Assembly: GCA_963736335.1 (NCBI GenBank)
Contig: CAVTOC010000005.1
Span: 506,428 to 570,427, forward strand
Source: an uncultured Actinomycetes bacterium
GTDB lineage: Bacteria; Actinomycetota; UBA4738; HRBIN12
DNA length: 64,000 bases
Direction: 5' to 3'
This document shows, one piece after another, positions 20,575-29,436 of this stretch. A model generated the notes under the pieces. The model saw only the letters and a list, made by a program, of their open reading frames with translations, had not been told where the DNA came from and did not search any database. Position 1 is the stretch's first letter; each line of letters starts with the position of its first letter. Both the position numbers and the translations under genes were made by a program.

Positions 20575-22143
20575 TCAGGCCGGGTGGGGGTCGTCGTCGA
20601 TCCGGTAGTCGGTTGCGTCGATCTCGGCCACATCCATCTGTGCCTTCTGCAAGCGGCCCGAGTAATCCCAGTTCATCGCCTGCCAGCGCGTGAACTGATC
20701 GAGCACCCAGATGCCCGACTGCCGCGAACCGTTGCCGCTCTTGCCGTTGCCGCCGAACGGCAGATGGGCCTCCGCGCCCGACGTCGAGTTGTTCACGCTC
20801 ACCATGCCGGCGGTGACACGTTCGCGGAACCGGAACGCATGCAGCGGATCCCGCGTGTAGATCGAGCTCGACAGGCCGTATCCGTGGCCGTTCGCGAGAT
20901 CCATGGCTTCGTCGAACGTCTCGAACGAGCTGACCGCGACGATGGGGCCGAACGTCTCGGTCGAATAGAGCTCGTCGCCCATCGTGACGCCGTCGACGAC
21001 GGTCGGGTGGCAGAACAGGCCCGCATCGGGGTCGCCCACGAAGCCCTCGCGCGGGTTGCTCGCGGTGATGCGGCCGGTGCCGGTCGAGCCGCCGACGTGA
21101 TGGTGCGGCCGGATCAGCTCCAGCCACGTGAGGAAGCGGTCCATGAACCGCTCGCTGATCATGGGGCCGTAGAGGACGTCCCGCGTCGGATCGCCGATCG
21201 CCGCCTCACCGACCGCCTTGGCGTAGCGGGCCATGAAGTCGTCGTGCACGTCGGCATGCACGATCGCGATCCCGAGCGACGTGCACCGCTGGCCGGCGGT
21301 GCCGAAGCCGCTGAAGAGCGCTCCCTCGACGGCCAGGTCCAGGTCGGCGTCGGGCATCACGACGAGCGGGTTCTTCCCACCGAGCTCGAGGCACGGAGAT
21401 TGGAGATGCCGACCGCAGAGCTCGCCGATCCGCCGGCCGACGTCGGTGGAGCCGGTGAACCCGACCTTGTCGATCAGATGCTCGTCGAGCGCTCGCTCGA
21501 GCCCGGCGAACGTCTCGGCACCGTCGGCGAGCACCATGTTGAACGCGCCGACGGGGAACCCCGCATGCAGGAAGAGTTGTGCGAACGCCTCAGCCGTGGC
21601 GGGGGTGTACTCGGCGGGCTTCCAGACGACCGCGTTCCCGCAGAGCAACGCCGGAACCAGGTACCACGACGGGACGGCGACCGGGAAGTTCCCGGCCGTG
21701 ACGATCGCCGCGACGCCGACCGGCGTGCGGAACGTGAAGAGCTGCTTGTCCGGCATCTCGGACGGCACGGTCTGCCCGTAGAGCCGGCGTCCCTCGCCCA
21801 GGAAGAAGTTGCACGTGTCGATGACCTCCTGCACCTCGCCTCGCGACTCCGCGATCGGCTTCCCGATCTCGCGGGTGAGCAGCAGTGACAGCGCCTCCTT
21901 GTTCTCCTCGACCAGCCGCCCGAGCTGTTGGACCGCCCGGCCGCGGACCGGCGCGGGCACGGCTGCCCATCCGGGCTGGGCGGTTCGAGCGGCGCGACAT
22001 GCATCGACCAGGGTCGCGGCGTCGCCCAACAGGGCCTCGGCCACCGTGTGCGAAAGATCCGACGGGTTCGGCACGCTGAGGCGGCCGCCCGGAGCGTCGC
22101 TCCGCGTCACCCCTCCGATGATCGAGGCCACGGTTGGAGTCAT
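20575..22143 (-). CDS. Aldehyde dehydrogenase family protein
   Basis: GNFP, WKPAE, FTGSTDVG, LELGGKNP, AGQRCTS, ETFGP, PFGG; start ATG 22143. Confidence 0.93.
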   Translation of the reverse strand: MTPTVASIIGGVTRSDAPGGRLSVPNPSDLSHTVAEALLGDAATLVDACRAARTAQPGWAAVPAPVRGRAVQQLGRLVEENKEALSLLLTREIGKPIAESRGEVQEVIDTCNFFLGEGRRLYGQTVPSEMPDKQLFTFRTPVGVAAIVTAGNFPVAVPSWYLVPALLCGNAVVWKPAEYTPATAEAFAQLFLHAGFPVGAFNMVLADGAETFAGLERALDEHLIDKVGFTGSTDVGRRIGELCGRHLQSPCLELGGKNPLVVMPDADLDLAVEGALFSGFGTAGQRCTSLGIAIVHADVHDDFMARYAKAVGEAAIGDPTRDVLYGPMISERFMDRFLTWLELIRPHHHVGGSTGTGRITASNPREGFVGDPDAGLFCHPTVVDGVTMGDELYSTETFGPIVAVSSFETFDEAMDLANGHGYGLSSSIYTRDPLHAFRFRERVTAGMVSVNNSTSGAEAHLPFGGNGKSGNGSRQSGIWVLDQFTRWQAMNWDYSGRLQKAQMDVAEIDATDYRIDDDPHPA

Positions 22144-22242
22144 GACATCGATGCTACCGAGGTTGGCCTTGGGCGTGTTCCGGGAACGGACTTCAGGGTT
22201 GCGGCCTCCCCGACCGATGGTAGAGCGAGGGGAGGAGCACGC

Positions 22243-22947
22243 ATGCTCGTTCAAGGGTTCGAACCGCTGCGCATCTTGGCCGGCCTCCGGTCGCACGGGG
22301 TGTCGTTCGTACTGGTCGGAGGGTTGGGAGCTGCCGTGCGCGGCGGTCCCGTCGAGACCGACGACGTCGACATCGTCCTCCCGGACGACCCCGAGAACCT
22401 TCCCCGTCTGGCGCTCTCGCTCCAACAGCTCGGCGCGCAGCTCGATGCCCCCACCTCCGCGACCGACGATCGCGTGTCCTACGACACCTCGTACGGCCGA
22501 CTCGACTGCCTGGAGCTCCCGTCGGAGTTCGCCTCCCTCAACGCGAACGCGGCGGAGCTGGATGTGGGCAACGGCGTCACCGCCCGCGTGGCGTCGCTCG
22601 AGGACCTGGCTCGCTTGAAGCGAACGACTCCGGACCTCGAGGGTGCGGTGCGACTCCATGCGCTCGTCGGCGCGGCGTCACCGACGTACGTGGCTCCCGT
22701 TCCCCAGCCCGCGCACCATGTGGCTCCCGTTGCCCAGCCGGCGCACAAGGACGTGACAGCGCAGTTACGCGAGGAGCTCGCGCCGCAGTGGACGCGCGAG
22801 GAGCTGACCTCGCCGGTCGACGCCGACCCGGAACCGAACGGCCGTATCGATCGGATCCTGGCGAAGCTCGCGAACGTCGATGTGTTCCTCAACGAGGTCA
22901 ACCGAGGCGAGCGCCCGCTCCGCCGCAAGAAGCGGTCGGAAGACTAG
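22243..22947 (+). CDS. Pol-beta-superfamily nucleotidyltransferase-like protein with Pro-rich linker and C-terminal extension
   Basis: FVLVGGLGAAVRG...ETDDVDIV, GRLD, VASLEDL..LK; RBS GGAGGAG before ATG. Confidence 0.6.
   Translation: MLVQGFEPLRILAGLRSHGVSFVLVGGLGAAVRGGPVETDDVDIVLPDDPENLPRLALSLQQLGAQLDAPTSATDDRVSYDTSYGRLDCLELPSEFASLNANAAELDVGNGVTARVASLEDLARLKRTTPDLEGAVRLHALVGAASPTYVAPVPQPAHHVAPVAQPAHKDVTAQLREELAPQWTREELTSPVDADPEPNGRIDRILAKLANVDVFLNEVNRGERPLRRKKRSED
22690..22749 (+). repeat. 30-bp tandem duplication (VAPVPQPAHH / VAPVAQPAHK)
   Basis: GTGGCTCCCGTTCCCCAGCCCGCGCACCAT followed by GTGGCTCCCGTTGCCCAGCCGGCGCACAAG. Confidence 0.85.
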
Positions 22948-23041
22948 CGGCTTCGACGCAGCGTCCGGAGCCGATATCGGCACCGGTCCGCAGGAATGAC
23001 TTCCCTTTTCCTGCCCCATGTGTGAAAGGGTGGGGGGTCAC

Positions 23042-23692
23042 ATGTGTTTCTCCCCAGAGGCCGACCTCGCTGCCGGCGTATTGGTCAGCGTGGTGGGCAT
23101 CGACGCGATCGGACGAGCACGAACTCCAGAAGAGCTCCCTCTGGCTGCATTGCCCTTGTTGTTCGGCGTGCATCAACTGATCGAGGCGTTCGTCTGGTGG
23201 GGTCTGGCGGGCAAGGTGCCGGCGAGCCTCGGGGATACGGCGACCTGGGTCTATCTCGCGATCGCGTTCCTGCTGCCGTTGTGGGTTCCCCTCGCCGTTC
23301 GAGGGGTCGAGCCGTCTCCCGGCCGGCGTCCGATCATCACCGTCCTGGTGGGGGTCGGACTCGTGGTGTCGCTCGTCCTGCTGGGGAGCATCGTGTGGGG
23401 TCCGGTCGATGCAGCCGTCGTCGGGCACCACATCGCCTACTCCGTCGACATCCCGGGCGGAGGAGCCATCGGGGTCCTCTACGTCGTGGCGACGTGCGGG
23501 GCGTTGCTCATGTCGAGCGACCGGTGGATCCGCTACTTCGGGATGTCGAACGTCGCGGCCGTCGTGGTGTTGGTCTGGCTGACCGTCGGGGGACTGACGT
23601 CACTGTGGTGCGTGTGGGCCGCCGTCACCAGCGTGGCGATCGACCTCTTCCTGCGTGACGAGGAGCGGCACCTGAACGTCGTCCCCGCCTGA
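23042..23692 (+). CDS. Multi-pass membrane protein (DUF6629-like)
   Basis: MCFS start, P.LFG.HQ.IE.FVW, TSLWC.WAA. Confidence 0.7.
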   Translation: MCFSPEADLAAGVLVSVVGIDAIGRARTPEELPLAALPLLFGVHQLIEAFVWWGLAGKVPASLGDTATWVYLAIAFLLPLWVPLAVRGVEPSPGRRPIITVLVGVGLVVSLVLLGSIVWGPVDAAVVGHHIAYSVDIPGGGAIGVLYVVATCGALLMSSDRWIRYFGMSNVAAVVVLVWLTVGGLTSLWCVWAAVTSVAIDLFLRDEERHLNVVPA

Positions 23693-23721
23693 GGACGGAA
23701 CCGGTTGCGTCACACATGTCG

Positions 23722-23777
23722 TGTGCGCGAGATCACTCATCCCTCGACTTGCCAGGTGGCGCGGCGGCGGTCAGAGT
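23722..23777 (+). promoter_or_regulatory. Putative promoter with upstream CRP-like site for the RAM-protein/cyclase operon
   Basis: TGTGC-N6-TCACT (23722-23737; 8/10 match to TGTGA-N6-TCACA), then TTGCCA-17 nt-CAGAGT (23749-23777). Confidence 0.4.
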
Positions 23778-23824
23778 AGCCATGCCCGCTCCCCGATGCG
23801 TTGCATCGGAGTGAGGAGGAAACG

Positions 23825-24400
23825 ATGACCGGACCGTACGAAGGCGTGCACGGGTTCCTGTTCCTCCATGACGAGGACGAAACACCGCCGGAGGAGGTGA
23901 TCGAGGGGCTCAGCAAGCTCGTCGACCGGGAGAACGGTCCGGTGTTCTTCGCATCGCTGTTCGACGGAGCCTTCGCGGGGTTCGTCCACTACGCCGCCGA
24001 CGATCTTCCGGCGCTCGGTCGGTTCGTCAACAACGAGCTGTTCGAACTCGGGCGTCCGCTCCGACAATTCGACCGAGGCCGTCGTCCACACCGACGGCAT
24101 GACGACCCATGGGTCCGAAACGACACAGTCCACGCTTCTGCGGGATCTGCCGGGTCCGCACGACCGAGAAGCCCCTGACCGTCATGGAGGCCATCGGGGA
24201 AACGTTCGGGAACGGGGAACCGCTCATCGGCGCGTCCTTGGTCATCGGCCGGTTCTCGCTGTTGGTCGAGCTCGGGTCCGACGACATGGACGAGCTCGAC
24301 GCGGCGATCGAGCAACTTCGCGGCGTCCCGGGGCGTCGGCGACATCCGCGTTGGGACGGCGGACACCGGAGCAGAAGAGGCTCGCACGTCGGGTGCCTGA
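23825..24400 (+). CDS. Tandem Lrp/AsnC ligand-binding (RAM)-like domain protein lacking HTH; about 3 frameshifts
   Basis: RBS GAGGAGGA. Repeat 1 LFDGAFAGFVHYAADDLPALGRFV..EL; repeat 2 VIGRFSLLVELGSDDMDELDAAIEQLRGVPGV. Corrected frame ends ...RTSGA* at TGA 24400. Confidence 0.6.
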
Positions 24401-27400
24401 GACCCGTGGAGAGCGCAAGCTCGTCACGCTGCTCTTCACGGACCTCACCGGGTACACGGCCCTCGCAGCGTCGCTGGACCCTGAGGAGGTCTTCGCGTTC
24501 ATCCGGCCGACGATGGCGGACCTCCAGCGGGTGGTCGAGGATCACGGGGGGACCGTGCCGCAGGTCCAAGGCGACGGCTTCATGGCCGTCTTCGGGGTTC
24601 CCGTCGCGCACGAGGACGACGCCGAGCGGGCCGTACGAGCCGCCCTCGCCGTTCGCGAACGCATCCGCGAGCTGAACGAGGGCCGTTCCGGTCTGTCGAT
24701 CCCCGAGGTTCACTCGGGCGTCAACTCCGGCGAGGTGATGGTGGGCCCGGCCCCCGAGGCGTCCGGGTATCGCGGTGGTCGGCGACGTCGTCAACACGGC
24801 ATCGCGCCTGGCCGATCTCGCTCCGGCCGGCTCGGTCCTCGTCGAGGAGCGGACCTGGCGTCGGACGAGGCACGCGATCCGTTACGGACGGCGGGGCTCG
24901 TACGTCGCGAAAGGGCAAGTCGGAGCCGGTCGTGGCGTACGAGGCCCGGGCGCCGCGCACCTCGTTCCCGGCGGGGAGAGCGTCGCCCCTCGTCGGCGCC
25001 GAGTTCGTGGATCGCGAAGCGCCGCTCGAGCGGCTGTCGGCGGAGTTCCGAGCCGTCCGGAGGGACGGTCGGGCGCGCGTCGTGATCGTCAGCGGCGAGG
25101 CCGGCGCGGGCAAGACGCGGCTGGCGTCGGAGTTCATCAAGCGGCATCCGGACGCCCTGGTGCTCGCCGGGCGTTCGACCGCGTACGGCAAGCAGGTCGC
25201 GTTGTCGCCGCTTGGCGAGCGCCATCGGCGAGATCGCCGGCATCACGCCCGGATCGGCGACCCCGTCGGGCCGCCGGCGGATCCAGGCGCTCGCCGAACG
25301 CGTGGCGACGGGCGACGATGCGCGCCGAGTCGCCCGAGGACTCTCGCTGCTCTTCGAGCCTCGACGAGCGTGGGGAAGGGCGCGGGTCGCCCGGCGACCG
25401 GGGACGCGCTCGACGCGGCTCGGATCGGTGCTCGAAGGACTCGCACGCGAGCGACCGGTCGTCGTCTTGCTCGACGATCTCCATTGGGCGGATCCGGCGG
25501 TCGTGGACGCGCTCGGCTCGTTCCGTTCGCACCCGTGGTCCGGGCCGCTCTTGATGGTCGGCATCACGCGGACCGAATCGCTGCATCGGCTGAAGGCGCA
25601 GACCAGGGTCGAGCTCGACGCGATCCCCGATGACGCCATGGGCGAGCTGGCCTCGCTCGCTCTGGGCAGGAAGGCGTTCACGCCCGCGCTCCGCAGCGTC
25701 GTCACCCGGGCGGGCGGGAATCCGCTGTTCCTCGAAGAGAGCTTGAGCATGCTCGTCGAGGCGGGGGCGCTGGTCTCGACCGCTTCGGGCTGGATCGTCG
25801 CCGATCCGCAGATGCTCGAGCGGGTTCCGACGACGGTGCGCGCGATGATCGCCGCCCGACTCGACGGGTTGCCTCCGGACGAGAAGCGGCGTGCTCCAGT
25901 GCGCCTCCGTGTCGGGTGAGCTCACGTGGGACCGCCTGCTCGAACGGCTGGCGCCGGGGATCGACGTCCCACGGGTGCTGCGCAGCATGGTCTCGCGCGA
26001 TCTCCTGCGACGCCGCCGGGGGTCGCGGGCACAAGGAGTCGAACGAGTTCATCTTCAAGCACGCGTTGATCCGAGACGTCGCCTACGGGTCGCTCCCGAA
26101 GGGAGAGCGCGCCCGTCTCCATCATCGACGTCGCCGATTGGCTGCGGGACGACGCGAACATGCCGCGCGAGCCCGTCGACGACCTCGCGATCCACTACGC
26201 GGAGGCATGGCGGCTGTCGCGCATCGATGACCGCCGCGCGAGCTCCGGAGGGGCTGGCCCGATCCGCGGCGCTGTACCTCGGGCGGTGGGCCGACGAGAC
26301 GATGGCGCGCCAGGCGCTGCTGGCCGAATCGCTGTACGCCCGGGCGCTCGAGGTGGGGGACGAGGCCCCCGGAGAAGTGGACCCGGAGCTGCGCGCCCGC
26401 CACGCCATCGGACGAGCCGAATGCCTGATCGAGCTCGGACGCCATCAGGAGGCGCGGGAGGCCGCGACGTACGCCCTCGAGCTGGCGGAAGGCCTCGAGG
26501 ACGAACAGCTGGCAGCTCGGGCGCTCGTCGCGCTGGGGACGCGTCGAATCCGACACGGGAGACGACGTCCTGGCGAGCGATCTGCTGGGTCGAGCCCTCG
26601 CGTCCTTCCGGTCGGTCGGCGACGTGTCGGGTCAGGCATGGGCGACCCACCGGCTGTCTGAGATCGCGACCAAGACCGACTACCTGTCGGCGCTCGACCA
26701 CCTCCGCACGGCGCACGCGCTATTCGTCGAGGCAGGGGATCGCTGGGGGCAGGCGATCGCCGCGCAGGATCTCGCCTACATGCTCAGCACGATCGGCGGT
26801 GCGGAGTTCCGCGATCGGTATCGAGAGGCGAAGCAACTCATCGAGGGCGAGGGCGATCTGCGTTCGCGAGCGGCGCTGCTGCGCACGCTCGGGTACTACC
26901 GCTACTACTGCGGGGAGCACGTCGACGCCATCGCGATCATGCGGGAGGCGCGCCCGATCGCGATCGCCGCGGGGGACCGCTACGCCGAGGCCGACTCGCT
27001 GCTGATCGAGGCGCTCGCCGCGGCCGCGACGCGTTCGCCGAAGGAAGCCGAACGTGCGTCGGCAGCGGTCGTCGCGTTCGGCCGGCGAGATCCACTCTGT
27101 CCGCGTGCAGTCGCTGGGAAGGGCCGCGGGTGCACGGGCGACGCTGCGTTCGGGCGACCCGCGCGGCGCGGCGCGGCGTCTGGAGTCGTCTCGTCGGGCC
27201 CTCGAACGGTGGGGAGCGCGGACGGAGATGCTCGAGGCCGATCTGTTGGCCGCGGAGATGTTCCTCGATCGGGGAGCATGGGATCGGGTTCGCGACCCGG
27301 CGGAGGCGGGGGCGGCGGCCGCGCGCGCGAGCGGCGAACGACTGATCGAACCGGTCGGTGCGCTGGTGATCGGCCGCGCCGCGCTCGGCGCGGGACGGCT

Positions 27401-27839
27401 GCCCGACGCGACGACGTCTCTCGGCGAGGCCGTCGCCATGGCGCGTGTCGCGGGAGCGACCGGCACGCTCTCGGTGGCGCGAGCGGCATTCGACCAGGCG
27501 TTGCTCCTGTCGGGTCGCCGACCCCGATGGCGCCGGCCGCTGGGCTCCGGCATCGCGTTGGAGGCCATCGAGGCCGAGAACAACGGGCTGGCATCGATGA
27601 TGGCCGACGGGAACGAGGAGGCGGTCGCGTCGTTCCGGGACGCGGTCGAGCTCTGGCGGGTCCTCGGATGGACGGTCTGGCTCGCTCGCGCACTCGCCAT
27701 GCAGGGGGAGGCGCTCCGCCGATCGGGCGACCGGCGACGGGCGGCGTCCGCGTTCACCCAGGCGCGGAAGGTGCTGGACCGGCTCGAGACGCCGGCCTCG
27801 AGTCGCGATGCGGTCCTGGCTCCGATCGGTTCCGGGTGA
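24393..27839 (+). CDS. Class III nucleotidyl cyclase - STAND/AAA ATPase - TPR-like repeat protein; multiple frameshifts
   Basis: GERKLVTLLFTDLTG, GDGFMAVFG, HEDDAERAVRAAL, GDVVNTASRL; Walker A GEAGAGKT, Walker B LLDDLHWAD, GGNPLFLEE, FKHALIRDVAY; Ala-rich helical repeats to TGA 27839. Confidence 0.85.
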
Positions 27840-27849
27840 GGATCGACCC

Positions 27850-28621
27850 CTAGCCGAGCTGGGCGCAGATCGCGCGAGGGTCGCCGTCCTCGTCGGCCAT
27901 GACGTCGATCCCTTCGAAGCCGACGTCCCGAAGCAGCCGTTCCATGACCGAGGCTTGGTCGCCTCCCAGCTCCAGCAGGAGCCAACCGTGGGGCTTCAGC
28001 CAACGTGTGCTTCTCCGGGCCACCTCCACCAGGAGGTCGGTGCCGTCGGCGCCGCCGTCGAGCGCGAGCCGAGGTTCGAACGCCTGGACATCGCGCGGGA
28101 GCAGGCGGAGCGAGTCCGTCGGGACGTACGGCACGACGGCCGTCAGCACGTCGACGCGATGCTCCAGCTCGTGCGGCAGCGGATCGTCCAGGAAGCCCTC
28201 GAACACCTCGACGCCGTTCCGCCGGGCGCATCGCGCCGCATCCTCGTCGAGCTCGGTCGCCAGGACCTGCGCCGTCGGCACGGCCGCGGTCATCACGGCC
28301 GCGATCGCGCCGACGCCCGTGCAGAGATCCACGGCCACGCCGGCCGGGGGGAGGAGCGTCGCGGCCCGTCGCGCCAAGGGCTCGGTCTGCCTGCGCGGCA
28401 CGTAGACGCCCCGGTGCGACGAACAGGCTGAGGCCGCAGAACGTGACGGTGCCCGTAAGCCATGCGAGCGGCTCGCCTTCGGCGCGGCGGGACACCATGT
28501 CCTCGAGCACGCCGTCATCGCCCGCGGCAGCCTGGATGAGCTCGTCGGCCTCCGCGCTCGCGGCGATGCAGCCTGCCTCGGCGAGCATCCGCGTCACCGA
28601 TGCACGATCCAGCGACGTCAC
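27850..28621 (-). CDS. HemK/PrmC-like methyltransferase (second, unknown-substrate type); frameshift near 28415
   Basis: LAEAGC..A.AEA.EL, RRAEGEPL.WLTG...FCG, VYVPR..TE, VDLCTGVGAI, VPYVP, FEPRLALDGG.DG, LLE.G.DQ. Confidence 0.85.
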
Positions 28622-28703
28622 GCAACCTCTTCTCGCACACTCATCTCCCATCTCCGAAAGAAGGGGGCACCCGACGGTACCTTTTCGTGTATGGAGTTCA
28701 CCT

Positions 28704-29267
28704 ATGACGACCGGCCCGCGCTGTCGTGCTGGTCGAAGGGCTGAGTGATCGGCGCGCGCTGGAGGCGCTGGCCGCACGTCGTGGCCGAGACCTCGCTGCC
28801 GAGGGCGTTTCCGTCGTGTCGATCGACGGCGCGACGAACATAAGGAGTCGCCCTCGACGTCTTCGGCCCCCGAGGGCGCGACGTCCAGCTCGCGGGTCTG
28901 TGCGACGCCGCTGAAGAAGGCGACTTCCGGCGCGGTCTCGAACTGGCAGGCCTCGGCGTCGATCTCACCCGCGATGGCATGGAAGATCTCGGTTTCTACG
29001 TGTGCGACGCGGACCTCGAGGACGAGCTGATCCGTTGCCTCGGTGATGAGGCCGTCGAAGGGGTCCTCGAAGCGCAGGGCGAGCTGGTGTCGTTCCGCAC
29101 CTTCCAGAAGCAGCCCGAATGGCGAGGAAGGTCCACAGAAGAACAGCTCCGCCGCTTCATGGGCACAGGCAGCGGTCGCAAGATCCGCGCGGCGGCCCAG
29201 CTCGTCGAGGCGCTGGATCCTCACTCGCGTGCCGCGGCCCCTGGATCGTGTCCTCGCGCACGTGTGA
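28704..29267 (+). CDS. Stand-alone TOPRIM (OLD-nuclease-type) domain protein; several frameshifts
   Basis: VVLVEGLSD, VVSIDGATNI, LAGLCD, DLEDELIR pieced from ORFs 28726..28914, 28979..29344 and 29043..29267. Confidence 0.7.
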
Positions 29268-29271
29268 GGCC

Positions 29272-29300
29272 TTGTCGGTTACGGGGGTGGCCGATAGCAT
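29272..29300 (+). promoter_or_regulatory. Putative promoter of tRNA-Met
   Basis: TTGTCG-17 nt-TAGCAT, ending 5 nt before tRNA position 1. Confidence 0.6.
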
Positions 29301-29305
29301 CGTCG

Positions 29306-29379
29306 TGCGGGGTGGAGCAGTCCGGTAGCTCGCTGGGCTCATAACCCAGAGGTCACAGGTTCAAATCCTGTCCCCGCGA
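29306..29379 (+). tRNA. tRNA-Met(CAT), initiator type; CCA not encoded
   Basis: Acceptor TGCGGGG/CCCCGCG + discriminator A; D arm GAGC..GCTC; anticodon arm CTGGG-CTCATAA-CCCAG with three consecutive G-C pairs; T arm ACAGG-TTCAAAT-CCTGT. Confidence 0.96.
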
Positions 29380-29393
29380 CGAGAGAAGGGAGG

Positions 29394-29433
29394 TCAGGAG
29401 GGGTCTCGCGAGATCGCGCGAGGCCCCTCTTGA
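29394..29433 (+). terminator. Long hairpin downstream of the tRNA (probable terminator)
   Basis: TCAGGAGGGGTCTCGCG-AGATCG-CGCGAGGCCCCTCTTGA; about 17 bp with two G.U pairs. Confidence 0.65.
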
Positions 29434-29436
29434 TAT

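Noticed and set aside
22948-23044. Possible riboswitch before the DUF6629-like gene (GCAGGAA/TTCCTGC and CATGTG/CACATG pairings)
   Set aside because: Stems are short and match no riboswitch consensus I recognise; an Rfam cmscan would be needed.
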